DNA of 63,990 nt, counting the filler, from Porpidia crustulata (lineage: Eukaryota), in assembly GCA_964255105.1 (NCBI GenBank). It is 4 parts of 4 records of this genome, joined end to end, with 100 filler letters (N's around TTAATTAATTAA, not from the genome) between each part and the next. Parts side by side here need not be neighbours in the genome. Positions count along the whole stretch, not along the records: positions 32,398 to 48,421 come from CAXUWE010000275.1; positions 48,522 to 63,990 come from CAXUWE010000307.1; 2 more parts are not named here. The stretch is one strand, 5' to 3'. This document shows positions 35,740 through 48,830 of this stretch, piece after piece. Within the stretch, counting starts at the first letter, position 1, and the number at the start of each line of letters is the position of its first letter. The notes beneath the pieces are model-generated. The model was given only the letters and a program-made list of their open reading frames with translations. It searched no databases and had not been told where the DNA came from. Both the position numbers and the translations under genes were made by a program.

Positions 35740-37635
35740 TGCTGGCAAGCCAACTTTCAGTCAACGAGACCAAGTCCCGCTTCAATAAGGTCTGTGACGC
35801 GTCGAGGTATAATTTGAAGATCTTCCGACCAAAAACGCGGTTGTGAGTCCACCGATGGTGGGTTGTGGTCGAGGCAATCTTAGGCCCGTTTGAGCTGAGA
35901 TTGCGCAAATGTGCCTTTGGCTTTGTTGAAAGTAATTTGATCCGATGTTAGATCCAGCTCTGCAAAGTCTCTTGATACTTCTTAGCCAGTACAACAAAGA
36001 TCTGTACAATGATCTCTAGGCTTTTTGCCGGCCAATCTTGGCCTGAGAGGGATGGGCGGTAAGCAAAACGAGCTGAGGTTTGAGCCGGGGAGCAAAGTTC
36101 CGATGTTCAATCTTGTTAGAATTGAGCAATGTAGAAAGCAAGATGTGTGAGGTATCAGAGCAAAGGCTGGTTGTAGAGCAAAGTGATCCTGTTGTGTCGA
36201 AGTTGGTGATGGAGAACCTGGTGTTAAGAGGCTTGAGAAGTTGGAAGGAGGGGATTAATCGCGCACGGTGGGGGGGGGCAAGGAATATTTCGGATAGGAC
36301 GTCGCCCACCAAGCTTCAGCCTTTCAGGCACACATTACTCGATCAAACATTGCACGGAATCACTTCATACTGATTTGAAGATCTCAAGAATGAGGTAGTG
36401 TAACGGTTGAATTGGAGTACAATGCCACATTTGTTGGCCACGATACATTTCCTTCGCATTGCCAGCGTTCGAGGCTGGCGCTTCCCTAAGCCATAGATCC
36501 TGAAAGTCGTCGCGCCGAGTGTGACGCGAAGCCAACCTCTGACGTGGACGAAAGACAACGCCCAATGGCAAGGATGCCACGCCGAAAAGCTCAAACTCAA
36601 GCTGGATCTTCCACAACCAATCCATAGGTTTTCTAACGCTGTGGGCCTTTGTCCCATTCATCCTTGCATACGTTTGAGAATTGCGAGCAAGAATTGTCGA
36701 TGATGACAAACCGAGTTTACCCTCCTTGTCATCTACTTTTGGTCACGATATGATGGTTCTCATATGTGCCCTCGAAGTTTCGTATACCGCTGTCGCGATG
36801 CCGGCAATCCTTCGCACGGGAGCCGCATCAATGCCAAAGCCGCAACGATAATTACATTGTCTAAAGTGCACATTGGTGGTGCCGCATCTCATAGATTTTC
36901 TTGATCAACTACCACTCCTTTCTGCATCTCTACTGGAAGTGATTTCATCCAATACGTCCATGGTTATGTCGACCTTTGCAAGTACCTGGACGCCAAAGGG
37001 TATTGTGCTGGAGGATCTGTAATCAGGTTAGGATTCCCATAACCACGGCAGGACCGTGGGAATCTGTAAAGGCTTTCGCTCAACGTCATTTCTTGCTCGC
37101 AAGACCGATGTGTGCAATCGGGAGATCTTAGGACGCTCTTCCAGGGAAGCGTAGTCTACGAACCCTCGGGAAACGAGGACAAAATATCGTGGCAGGGGTC
37201 GTTGCACGGCACAATATAAGATGGTGCTCTACGACACCTCTCATGGGGCCACAGGATCCCACCGAGATGTCGAGTCTCAAAACAAAGGGTGTTGGCGGCG
37301 AGGTCGTCCTGCCATTTGAGGCCCGTATCGCTGCTTAGGGGTATCTTGACGATCGCGAATCAACCAAAAAAAGCATGCATCAGAGGTTCTAGCAATCAAA
37401 TTTGAATACCGAAAAGGCGTGCGACGCTCGCCCCTACAAGCCGACGTATGATTTGGTCCGCTGTGACATCCAATAGTGCATTCAGATTCATTTATGTTCC
37501 TTGCCCTTGCCCCTCGATGATATTAATTCTCGCACTGACTACGCAAATGATATAACATGAATCTCGCTCACCACGTCTTGTAGCCCCCGACCCATTACCA
37601 CACAACCCCAGGAGCTGAGAAAAACCAACAAGAAC

Positions 37636-38004
37636 TCATCCACAACAACATCCACCCCCAAACCGCAACTCCTCGCCCAGCCAGCACCCACACAACCCCT
37701 TAATCTGCTTACATCCTCTCTCCAGCACCACCTTCACCGCCTCCGTATCACTCTCATTCACCGCTCCGGGCTTGGGATTCTCAAAGTCCAATACCGCGCC
37801 TGCCTGACATTGACCATAGTGCCGTTGGACGTATCCATTGCGCAGGAAGCGCCGGCCGTCGACGGGCAGCGGCGTGAGAAACGCTGTACTGTTGGGCGTA
37901 CCAACAGGGAGTGTTTTGCGTTCAGCAGCGCTAGGACCTCTACGGCGGAGCATAGATGTGTACACATGCGCTCGGTGATGCCATGCTCGATTTGGGGATG
38001 TCAT
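37636..38004 (-). CDS. Possible small Cys-containing protein or gene fragment
   Basis: 122-aa ORF in an otherwise empty intergenic space with a protein-like C-terminal half; no clear signal peptide or family. Confidence 0.25.
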   Translation of the reverse strand: MTSPNRAWHHRAHVYTSMLRRRGPSAAERKTLPVGTPNSTAFLTPLPVDGRRFLRNGYVQRHYGQCQAGAVLDFENPKPGAVNESDTEAVKVVLERGCKQIKGLCGCWLGEELRFGGGCCCG

Positions 38005-38313
38005 GGGTTTTCAACTTTGTGAGAATGCGATTGTATTGGGGGGTTGCTCGTGAGGTTGTTGGAGTAGTTTGCAGGTTTCTCTTTGCAAGAAGGCTTTTAT
38101 TCAAAAGCTAAGATGTTCACGGGTGAGTTTTCCAATCACGAATTCTATCCCTCTCCAAATGCAAGGCACAACAAGCCGCCCTGAAGGACCATATCGTCCA
38201 TCCACCACCCCAAGCCCACGTATTTAAACGCCAGTGGGAACTCCATTTGCAAATGCAAGGTATCTAAAACTTTCCCCCAAAATTCGCCCACAAAGACCGC
38301 CGGGTGGAGAGCG

Positions 38314-40138
38314 TCACTCCAGGAACGTAAAGAGGTTAGTGTGGATGACATTGATGGCACGCGTGGCATCTCGTTCTTCGATGACGCAGGAGATGTTGAT
38401 TTCGCTTGCTCCTGTCATTGGTCATACATGTTAGCTTTCGTCGTTTTTGAGGTGCCTCGCCGTAGCGTAGGATACTGCGTACCTTGTCTGTGGATTCGAA
38501 TTAGCGTTTGAGTCTCTTGGTAATTCATATACAACGACTTACGAAATCATTTCAATGTTTATCTCGTGCTCCCCTAGAGTACTGAACATCCGACCCGCGC
38601 AACCCGTCATATCCTTCATCTGTTTACCGACCAGACTCAAGATTGCCATGCGGTCCATGATATCGACGGTCCCATACCGCTTGAGCTCCTCGACCGCGCC
38701 GCGTAAATCGTGGTCTACGATTTTCTTCTCGTCCTCGCCGCCGCCGCTCACCAGCGCCGAGTCAGAGTGCAGCGCCAAGGAGACGTGGACTTCAGAGGTC
38801 GAGATGAGGTCCACGGACAGCCGCCACTTGTCGAGTGTCGAGAAAATCTTGGCGAAGAAGCCATGCGACAGGGAACGTTTATTGGAGTGCACGTTGATGA
38901 CGATGATCTTGTGCTTGATAGTGACTGCGGTTGGCCGTTTGGGTCGCTGGTCCTCGGAGAGCACGCTGGCGCTCCGTGTGCGAAAGAGCTTCGAATCGTG
39001 GCCTGGGACGGACGAATTGTGCCTCTCTAGCTTGTCAGGTTTGATTGCAGTGCCTGAACCTCGAGGGTTGGTGACGTTCTTGATGCGGATGGGTATCCTC
39101 GCTTTAATGACTTGTTCCATTGTGAAAGGGTGTATGACTTCAGAGCCGTAGAAAGTGAGCTCTGCGGCTTCCGCAGGTGAGAGTTCACTAAGCAAGCGTG
39201 CAGTGGGCACTTTCCGTGGGTCTGCCGTGAAGATGCCATCAACTTCCTTCCACACTTGTAGCTCTTCCGCCCCCAGACCAACAGCTACTAACGCCGCACA
39301 CAGATCCGTATATCCCCTACCAACCTGTTCCAATAAGCCTCCAGGAACGGGACCAAAGTAGCCGGTGATGACTGGGACTTTCTCCTGACAGGCCGCTATT
39401 CTTCTCTGCACGGCCTGCTCCAAATTCCCATAGAACGGTTGGTCGAGACCGTCCGACGTCGGAAAGTCGATAATCTCGGAAAGATCCACGTACTCTACGT
39501 CGATACCTCGATCTAGTAGAAGAGCCGCCATAAATCGAGAACTGAGGATCTCGCCCTTACTTATGATTTTATCCGTTGATTTTAAGCTCATTTCGCCAAC
39601 TCTCTGCGCAGCTGCAAGAAATGTGGTCAAATCATGGCACTCGTCCTCTACGTGCTTAATGAGATCATCAAATATTTTAATAGATTTGATAAAGGATTTT
39701 GCGGCTCGAAAGTGGTCATCTCGTATGGAGTTGATAATATGTTCATAACTCTGGGATTTCGCAATTCCAGCTTCTCTCGCAGCTCGCAGCAACCTAGACT
39801 AGGCATTAATATCCTTTCCTGTACTGAATTGATCTGGGCTCCTGGGCCTTACCTATTGGTCGTGCCCTCTACCTTTGTATTATTGCTACGGGCAGAGCAT
39901 ACTATGGCGAGACGATGGCTTCCGAGATTGGGTCTGGAACATAACGATAATTAGCCCGATGAATCTGCTTTTGAGGTAGCCATAGAGTATGAGAATACCT
40001 CACTGTATCTTCTGCAATCCTGTCCGCGAATTTACCAATACTTGTACCGCCAAATTTTTGCACCATCCACTTCTTCGAAACATCATTGTTGCGAACAAGA
40101 GCACTGTGGTAGCCATTAACCAGCGTAGTCGACCCCAT
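38314..40138 (-). CDS. HOM3: Aspartokinase (5 exons including a 5-nt micro-exon)
   Basis: WMVQKFGGTSIGKF, VCSARS...GTTNRLL, GRGYTDL, KEVDGIFTADPRKVP, ELTFYGSEVIHP, ACT domains, ending ISQGASEINISCVI...NLFTFLE*. Confidence 0.97.
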
Positions 40139-41349
40139 GGTCCATGGGCCGCAACGCTGGAGTAGGTATTGAGCGAGCAATGCTTTCTAGAAGGAAATCT
40201 AGCAGATTGAAAGTCTGCTGCGAAAAATGTACGTTACTCATCTTTACGCCGGTGTTGGAGCCCAAGATCGGAGTATGAAATAAGTTTCTCCGTGGCTCGC
40301 ATGACGTGCAAATTAGGGTTATGTTTACCGCAAAGAGTTTTAGACCACCAATCAAGTAGCTCAGTTGGCAAACAGTCTTGAGCACTGTAGATGGCTGACT
40401 TCGCTAAACAACAAATCAGATGACTCCATTACAATCTTAAATCTTCAAGCCTCATCAAATGCCTTCAAATTCATGTAATCAGCTCAATCCGCTCATTATA
40501 AGCGTCATTATCATAACTGTGCAACTATTACACTTTGCGTGTATATATACACACATTATCTGCTCAATACATAGCTTGATTCGGAGGATGAACACTAAAT
40601 ACAAGGGAGAAAATAGGGTTCATGACTCAGCATCAATTAAGGTAGGTGGCGCGTGGGTAGGTAGTGAGTACCGGGACCGGGAGGGCTTAGCTGCCACAAA
40701 CGGTCCTACGAGAAGCCCTAGCCCTAACCCTCCTTGGTCTCAAGGGGTCGAGGAGGTGTAGGTTGTTTACCGGCCAAAGCGAGCAGTGTGGGAAGGAGTA
40801 GGATTGATTGAATGGGCAAGTTGCCTTTATATAGATCTGTTGGGAGGGGGATAGGGAGCAGGTAAGCAAGTACAGTTTGCACCGGCCGACTACGAATTCG
40901 GTATACGGTATTCTATCCGTCTACCTTGTATCTCGTATATAATCATTTAGCGCTATTGATATTGCCCTATCTACCTACGCTCCGGCGTAAGACGCAATAT
41001 AGGGCCTGTGCCTTACCGGTTTATACTTATTCACTTTGAACTACTAGACCTATGAAGTGAGAGTCAGGAACTGTGGGATATGTTGTATCTATCTTTGTGG
41101 CCATTAAACATACCAACCGAGGTTGAAAAGGTTCGGGGCCAACAGATTCGTCATTGAACAAAAACTCCCTATGCCACAATAAATGTCCTTGTGTGCGATG
41201 AGGTGCGCTTGGCAACGACGTGACGCCTGCTAAGTATAAATCCCCTTAATTTAGTTTTACAGACCATTTTCGTACATGATGGGGTTGTCCTTGCCGTTCA
41301 ATTCTCCTTAGAACTCCAAGACGCCCGAGCGCCTGGAAATGAATTGTCA

Positions 41350-43089
41350 TCATCGTCGATACATTTCCCTGTTGCGATCCCTGTCTCTGTGAGGATCAGG
41401 GCTCCTACTCCTTCGCCTGCCCATGTCCCATGCATCGCGTTCTCTTCGATCTTCATGCCGTCCTCGATCACCTCTGTCATCTCTCCTTGGCCCATCTTCT
41501 CGGCCTCTCGGACCTTCATCTCTAGTCGCATAACTCGGGATGTACGTGTCTACATGAACTCTCTGACCTCCCTGCGTTGGGGGACCCCTCGGTGGTGGTG
41601 GCCTTCCTCTAGCAGAGTCTGGATGTTCACCCGTCCAGCCCTGTCCATTCCATCCACCATCAGTAGGAGGAGGTCGTGGTGGAAGGCCATTGGCATCTCT
41701 GGCCCATGCAGGACGATGATGTGGAGGTGGGCCAGGATGTGGTGGACCTCTGTGATCTTGTGGTGGATGCGGTATTCGATTCTCATAACCAGCCCGTCGT
41801 GGTGGGTACTGTGACGGGCCATTCTGGTATGCCCCTACACTGTTGCGGGGCTTCTGGTGACTACTCTGGTTGCCTGGACCTGATTGGTTGGCCCATTCTC
41901 CCGTTGGACCCATTCCCACCGTTCCGCCGGCAGGAGCAGGGGGTAAGGCCGCTTTTTGACCGCGGAATTTCCTTCGATCTAGCTCATGGGAATCTTCAAA
42001 GTGAGGAATGTCGCCAGGCTTGGCAGGTAAGGGAGGGTTTTTAAAATAAGGATGTTCAAGCGCGTCAATAGCGTTGATGCGTTTTCGCCAATCAAGCTTT
42101 AGAAGCTCGCTGAGAAGGGATATAGCCGAGGAGCCCTGCTCTCGGAACTGCTGCGAAAGTGTACTGGGTCGAGCACTGAAGGATTGAACGCCTTCGCATC
42201 CAGGAAGGGAGCTCCAGCCTGGCATGTTCGTTTCAGTAGGACCACCAACGAGATCAAAAATCAGATGCACCTGGCTGATATCACTGCCACCAGCCAGGAT
42301 AGGTCTTCCCTTAAACATTTCACCAAAGACGCAGCCAACGCCCCACATGTCAATGGCAGTCGTATACCTTCGAAGTTGTAACAGCAATTCCGGAGGTCTA
42401 TACCAGCGAGTAACGACTAGAGTAGTATAATCTCTCGTGGCCTCGCCACCACCTTTCCCTGGCTGAGGCGGAGGGTCGTCATAAGGTCGAGCGAGACCAA
42501 AATCGGCGATCTGGAGTATCCCTTTGTTATTTATAAGGAGATTGGCAGCTTTCATATCTCGATGTAGGATTTTGTTTGCGTGCAGATATCGAAGTCCCTC
42601 AAGCAATTGCAACATGTAACATTTGATCTGAGGCTCCGTGAAAGTGACCGAGGGATTCTCAAGGAGACCTGATAGGTCGTGATCCATGTATGGCGTGACC
42701 ATGTACATAATGGCTTTCTTCTTACCGTCTCCCTTAGGACGTTCAACTGCCATTTCTTCCAGCTTCAGGACATTGGGATGAGATAGCATCTTGAGGAGTT
42801 TAATTTCTCGTAAAGCGGTTATAGGGAAACCATCCTTCTCGTTGTGCATCAATATCTTCTTCAAGGCCACGATGCGCCCAGTCCTCAGTGACTTGGCTTT
42901 GTGTACCTCCCCGAATGTACCCTCTCCGAGCTTGCCGAGAACTTCATATGTTTTGATGCTTGAGCAGCCATGAAATCTTGCGCGCCCTTCTGAGGTTCTC
43001 TCCAATGATGTCTTCGCGATCGCCGCTTTCTTACTGGGTGCGCCATCGCCCAACAGAACGTCACTTCTGATTTGCTGCGTACTAGCCAT
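41350..43089 (-). CDS. BUR1: Cyclin-dependent kinase Bur1/Sgv1 (CDK9 family)
   Basis: [58 protein letters not shown]; Pro/Arg-rich tail. Confidence 0.95.
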   Translation of the reverse strand: MASTQQIRSDVLLGDGAPSKKAAIAKTSLERTSEGRARFHGCSSIKTYEVLGKLGEGTFGEVHKAKSLRTGRIVALKKILMHNEKDGFPITALREIKLLKMLSHPNVLKLEEMAVERPKGDGKKKAIMYMVTPYMDHDLSGLLENPSVTFTEPQIKCYMLQLLEGLRYLHANKILHRDMKAANLLINNKGILQIADFGLARPYDDPPPQPGKGGGEATRDYTTLVVTRWYRPPELLLQLRRYTTAIDMWGVGCVFGEMFKGRPILAGGSDISQVHLIFDLVGGPTETNMPGWSSLPGCEGVQSFSARPSTLSQQFREQGSSAISLLSELLKLDWRKRINAIDALEHPYFKNPPLPAKPGDIPHFEDSHELDRRKFRGQKAALPPAPAGGTVGMGPTGEWANQSGPGNQSSHQKPRNSVGAYQNGPSQYPPRRAGYENRIPHPPQDHRGPPHPGPPPHHRPAWARDANGLPPRPPPTDGGWNGQGWTGEHPDSARGRPPPPRGPPTQGGQRVHVDTYIPSYATRDEGPRGREDGPRRDDRGDRGRHEDRRERDAWDMGRRRSRSPDPHRDRDRNREMYRR

Positions 43090-44099
43090 TGCGACTGGAT
43101 GCTATTGATCGTCGGCTGTCCCGCGCAGATTCAGGAGGCCCGGTCAATACAATTTAAGGTGGAGTGTCGGAGTCGAAGTTACGACACCGTCCAAACATGC
43201 TGTGATGGAGACAAGAGGTCGCAGTCGACCACAGTTCCTGTTTTTTAGGGATGTAGATTTGGCTCCATCGAGCATGTCAATAACATGTTACCAAAGCTTT
43301 GGATTGTTCGTGAACAATGAGTGAGGATAGAGTGAACGACTTGTAATTTAAAGCTAGTTCAATAATAAGAAACTGGGTATCGTGTATCTATCTAGTCACT
43401 AGTGTACCCGTTCGAGCCATTATTGCCTTACTCTAGCTGCTTGAATGAACCACACAGGTCGGTAGCTAGCTTCGTGCAACTTAAAGCACAAACACCAAAG
43501 TGGTGACCCGATAAGTGAGTCATAGGTTTCCGAAGATGATTATATACTAGGACTTACCAAAGCGCCAGCAGACCTCTTTATACTAGAGACAGTTATGGCG
43601 GGCAACCACCCAATTCATGTCCATCCGGTTAGTTGCCCGTGTCCGCCTTTGGATCGAGGCATCAAATCTGACTAGAGCTCGACACCTGCAGGCGCGACCT
43701 CTCTACCGATATTCTGCAACGCTGTTGGGCGCATCGATGTGGTTCTTCGTACGGGTTCTTCCTGTGCACATGGTAGCTTTTGATGGCTAACGACGATGCA
43801 GTTGATGTACCGGGCAAAGCAAGATGGGGCTGCGTTACTGGGTTGGAAGCACAAGTGGGAACACTGAACCTTGGTCTTCAATGTTGTGATATGTGCAATC
43901 GCACCGAAATCTCTCTGGAAGACAATTCACGAGATCGACGGGCGGGAGTAGGCACATTCAAGGCGCTTGGGATCATGTATATGCTGAATTCAGTTTCAGA
44001 AGGCCTTTCTTGATCAGTCTAAGAGAAACGTCGAACTGTACTTTGATGTTTCTATGGATTTTCGACCTCAATGGTTAGAATATCACAGACCACAGCACT

Positions 44100-45318
44100 T
44101 CAATGTTGGCTTTCTGTTGCCGACAACGGCTTCTGGAAGAGGTAATGGGATACGCCCCACGTATCCCCGCCCTCATATGCAAAGAGCTCTGCACATGCCA
44201 TGTAGAAAATTTGCCATCTGTAGAACCACATTGCCGTGTTTTTCTTTCCGTATGTTTCTTCAAGATGGGGCCATATCTCTTTCTTATTCGAGTTCATCTT
44301 TACCAGCCAATCCTACTATCAGTCAGAGATGGACTATCGAGAACATTTGGAGGATATCGCAATTAGCTTACCTCGCAAGTCATTGCATAATGTTTTCCAC
44401 TCACCCACCACTGTTCTTCTAAATTGAGGTCTGTTTGGAAATACTGCAGTAGATCCGCGCTGGGCATTGTTCCCCCAGTAAAGAAATGCGTGCTCATCCA
44501 GCCATCTTCGAAGTCGTAAGGGGTAGATTTATGAGCAAATATGTGCACAAATAGTTTACCTCCTGGTTTCAGCGCTCTCGCTATCTTTGCCATCAGAAGT
44601 TCGTAATTTTTCACATGCTCAAATAGCTCAATTGATATCACTCGGTCGAAGCAGGCTTGCTCAAACTCGTAATCCACCACATCCCCAGTAATGACGGTAA
44701 GATTCGTCAGTCCTTTCCCCTTAGCTTGACTGTCAATATATTTCTTTTGCGTTCGAGAATTCGAGAAGGCAGTTATTTTGGCGCTTGGAAAAATTTCTGC
44801 GAAGAAGAGCGCGCCTGAGCCCCAACCACAACTTCAAAGGGTTTAGATCAGTCCTGTGCAAAGTACAATCCACAAAAATTTCTTCGCGCACCCAAGGTCT
44901 AGAATTCTCATTCCATCCGCCAGTTCTGCCTTCTCCACATAAGCCTCAAGCATCTCCACTTCTGCCTGCCCCAACGTTTCGGTTCCCTTTGGATAGAGAC
45001 AACAGCTGTATTTCATCCTGGGCCCTAAACAAGCTTGAAGCACACCCGTGCCAACTTCATAATGTTGCATATTTGCTGCAGCGGTCTCGACTGCTATTGG
45101 CCTTACTCGTAAAGCTTTGACATACTTCATTTTCGATTCATATGCTTTTTCAAGACTAGTAGTCTGGATAATATTGAGACGGTCCCGGAGCTGCCGCCGG
45201 ATACCATAACGAATAACAGCTTGCGGCAAGTAGCCTCCATCCAAGATCCAATCTGTTGTAATCAGCACTGCCAATGTCACCTCAAAACACATGCGCAGGA
45301 AAGATTACCATAATTCAT
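44100..45318 (-). CDS. SAM-dependent methyltransferase, cyclopropane-fatty-acid synthase/coclaurine N-methyltransferase-like (4 exons)
   Basis: [31 protein letters not shown] (spliced 44892/44831), [33 protein letters not shown]. Confidence 0.92.
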
Positions 45319-45793
45319 CCTTCAGATGATTGAGAGAATGATCGTTATCCAGAGACCATCCGCCCTGAAGATGACAGGCGAAAGTTCAATCTACTCTAAG
45401 TAGCAGCAGGAATTGCAAGGTATTGATAAAATGCACAATCCATGATTAATGAATTCGCGCAGAAGAATGTAAATCATATCAATGAAGTCTACATATGCAC
45501 TATGAATCGTCAAATACTTTAGCTCTGTATTAATCGTTTAAGCTTCAGTGAATGACGCTATTCAAGCTGCAGCTAACAGCCTTATGGCTTTGGCAGCAGT
45601 TCTTCCATCCGTGAATGTCCATCAACATTCTCCAAATTTCTAGGGTAGGCGGCCAGTATCTAGTAGCTCGACGCTCACTATTCTCTACCAGTATAAATCT
45701 ACCAACGGTCGTGTCTGACCATGCAACGCCGTCTCTACCGCTGGAAGCTCAGGTAAACCCAAATTACCTCATCCGTTAGAAAGCTACTGAACG

Positions 45794-47305
45794 ATGAAGA
45801 CCATCAAGGTTGAAGACACCTTAGCGGTGCACACCGAAACACTAAGGAAAAGTGCAGGTGTTTCGGAGACTTTGCCTAGCTTCAAAATGGATGGTCTAGA
45901 TGTTAATCTGAGAGGACTGAGGATTGAGGAGGAAAAGCCCGTCCAAGACCACACACAACGACGCACGAATAGGAGGAGGAAGAAGAAGAAGCCAGCTCCT
46001 GATACTGCGCAGCTTCACGATTATAAAGCTGTAGCACACGATGCTTCCTCACCTTCGTTGCCCGCCACCTTCCCCGATCAAAAGCGACATAGAAGAACAT
46101 CAAAGCAAGATATCGAAAGCTCTAGCGGTAGTTTTCTGGGCGCACTGGGACTTAATAAATGTGATCTATCGGATATTCAGGCTCTTCACGAGTCGATGGA
46201 AAGCAATAAGACCACAAAGACGCAAGCTGAAACGCTCCGGGTACATTCATCAGTAGAGGCTAAGAATATCAACACATCTCAACTTGGCGCATCGTTCATG
46301 CCCTTTAAACCGATTAAGTCAGTGCCACAATCTCGTCAAGTCTCGCCATGGCGTATTGACAAATCTCACAGATTCTCGTCACATCGGACTTGGCAAAATC
46401 CACGCGCGGCGAATGGAACGTTACCCCTGATTGGGCGGTGGACTGGCTCACCCCCGCTTACAGCTAGCCATAATATTCATGCATTCACATCAAAGGCTCC
46501 TAACTCATCAGTTTCAGCTAAGAAGACTGAAGCTAAGCCAAGCCCATGGCGACTTGTGAAGCCCCTTCCAGTACCAAAACCCGAGACCACCTACCTTACT
46601 CTAGCTTCCCGCTCAGCCTCCCGCCTCAAACATCCTCAGCGTTTGCTCCTTGTTCTTGACCTAAATGGTACACTGCTTTACCGCAAGGTTGGCTCATCAA
46701 ATTACACGCCACGCCCGTTCCTTCCCCAATTCCTCAGTTACTGCCTTTCAAATCATAGCGTTCTGATTTGGTCCTCGGCTACTCCAAGAAATGTCTCCGA
46801 AATCTGCGCTCGTCTCTTCACACCGGAACAGCGCAATGTCCTGGTTGGTGAGTGGGCCCGCGATACATTTGATTTGACCGCAGCTCAGTATGCCGAAAAG
46901 ATCCAGGTCTACAAAGGTCTAGATCGCATCTGGGCGAGCGAGGAGCTTCAACGTACACATCATTGGTCTGATGTTGGAGGAAAATGGGACCAGCACAACA
47001 CGCTGTTGTTGGATGATAGTGTGCTCAAAGCCATTGCGCAGCCACACAATCTCGTACAGATGCCTGAATTTACTAGATCTGGGGACAGAATAGCAGGTGA
47101 TGATGTGCTTGGGCAGGTGACGTCGTACCTAGAAGAGGCGCGGATGTGGGACAATGTGAGCTCGTTTGTCATGACATCGAGATTCCAAGCAGACAGGGAC
47201 TGGAGTTGGGATTGGAGCACGATGAGGAGTCTCAGACAAGCGCGGACTACAGACTCGGATGAAGAGTCTGGTGGAGCCAATTTGGAAAAGGGGGTGGTCC
47301 TCTAA
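45794..47305 (+). CDS. NIF/FCP1-like HAD-domain protein with long disordered N-terminus
   Basis: LLLVLDLNGTLLYR, RPFLPQFL, IWSSA, YKGLDRIW, WDQHNTLLLDDS..KA.AQPHN. Confidence 0.85.
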   Translation: MKTIKVEDTLAVHTETLRKSAGVSETLPSFKMDGLDVNLRGLRIEEEKPVQDHTQRRTNRRRKKKKPAPDTAQLHDYKAVAHDASSPSLPATFPDQKRHRRTSKQDIESSSGSFLGALGLNKCDLSDIQALHESMESNKTTKTQAETLRVHSSVEAKNINTSQLGASFMPFKPIKSVPQSRQVSPWRIDKSHRFSSHRTWQNPRAANGTLPLIGRWTGSPPLTASHNIHAFTSKAPNSSVSAKKTEAKPSPWRLVKPLPVPKPETTYLTLASRSASRLKHPQRLLLVLDLNGTLLYRKVGSSNYTPRPFLPQFLSYCLSNHSVLIWSSATPRNVSEICARLFTPEQRNVLVGEWARDTFDLTAAQYAEKIQVYKGLDRIWASEELQRTHHWSDVGGKWDQHNTLLLDDSVLKAIAQPHNLVQMPEFTRSGDRIAGDDVLGQVTSYLEEARMWDNVSSFVMTSRFQADRDWSWDWSTMRSLRQARTTDSDEESGGANLEKGVVL

Positions 47306-47670
47306 AGCGCGAGATCAAAATTCGTTTGAGAGGATTGAAAGTGTATAACTTAATCCATTGCGAAGAACAATTACATTACTTTGTATTTACGGATACACCA
47401 GTACTCGATGCAATTTACTACGGACCTTCAATGTACTTGATCACTAGTCAGATTGTTAAGCTTTACAAAGCATATGCAAAAGTCTTATATCTATGTTGCG
47501 TGCGTGCGTGATTACCGACCACCATTTGAGGCTCATATGTCGCTAGTCGCCAGAATAGTCCTAGTATAAAGTAGTGTATAGCAAACCCTAATCTTCACCC
47601 TTGATCCATGTATCTTGCCTACGAGCCTGAATTCATTGTGGCTCACTCATGATAAAACAGACTTCAGATT

Positions 47671-48421
47671 ATGGCCTTCGCCGAGGTCCTACGAAAGAGA
47701 ATAAGGCCAAGGAAGGATGAGAGTGACGACGAAGCTCTCTACAAGTCGGACTCCTCTAGGATTGCGTCGGAATCCGACGCAACCGGATCAGCAGAAAGCG
47801 TCAATGAGAAGGTAGAGAGTGAGAGTGAAGAGGTAAGAGAGCGGCGATACTCGAATTGTTTGTCCTGACTAGATCAATTCTAGTCAGATACCGGCGACGA
47901 AAGTGCCAATGACACTGAAGACATCACCACCATCTCCTTTGGTGCCCTAGCAAAAGCGCAAGAAACCCTCGGACCCAAGCGCAACCTCCCAAGCAACCCG
48001 GGAAAAGCCTCACAACCCCCACCAAACCGCCTGCGCGACCACGCCGGCTCCGAAGCCGTCGAACGCCGCGCCGGCAAAAAAGACTCCCGCGACTTCTCCC
48101 GCTCCTCCAAACACGCCCCCGCCGAACTCTCCTCCAAAAAAGCCGTCTCGCGCCGCCGCGACGTCGTCCTCGTCCCCAAAGTCGAAGCCCGCGACCCGCG
48201 CTTCGAGCCCCTCAGCGGACCCGTCAACGAGCTCCAAACTAAGCGCAACTACGCCTTCCTTGAAACCTACCGCGCCGCCGAAATCGCCGACCTCCGGTCC
48301 GCCGTGCGCAAAACCCGCGACGCCGCGGACAAGGAGAAGCTGCAGCGCGCGCTGCTGAGTATGGAGTCGCGGCGGAAGGCGCAGGTGGCCAAGGAGCAGG
48401 AGCAGGAGGTGCAGCGGAAGC
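47671..48421 (+). CDS. RRP36: rRNA biogenesis protein Rrp36 (3' end cut by contig end)
   Basis: Intron 47833-47883; ISFGALAKAQ, RSSKHAPAELSSKKAVSRRR, RDPRF, NYAFL. Confidence 0.92.
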
Positions 48422-48521
48422 NNNNNNNNNNNNNNNNNNNNNNNNNNNNNNNNNNNNNNNNNNNNTTAATTAATTAANNNNNNNNNNNNNNNNNNNNNNN
48501 NNNNNNNNNNNNNNNNNNNNN
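48422..48521. other. Artificial contig-joining spacer
   Basis: N44-TTAATTAATTAA-N44. Confidence 0.98.
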
Positions 48522-48830
48522 CGCCTTCCCCCATCCCCACACGCTACCGCCTTCGGAACTTCACCACCACCAATCCTCGCTGCCCAGAACCCTCAGATCC
48601 CAAAACTACAAAACATAAAAGTACAAGGACACCTTATATGGCACGCGTCCAGAAGGTACGGCGAAGGTTTTCGCAGAGTAAAATCGAATCTGATTGCATT
48701 TCGAATCCGGCGTGGAATGGCTGAAGTCTAGCGGTCAATCATTTATTCTAAGAGCCAGGTTCATGGCTGAAGCCAACCTCATCCCGTCCCAACAAAGGCT
48801 ACTTATACAACATCTTCGTCCATCGTCGCC

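Noticed and set aside
43551..43558. GACTTACC resembling the U1 snRNA 5' end, with nearby C/D-like boxes
   Set aside because: No U1 stem-loops or Sm site follow; better explained as a minus-strand splice donor.
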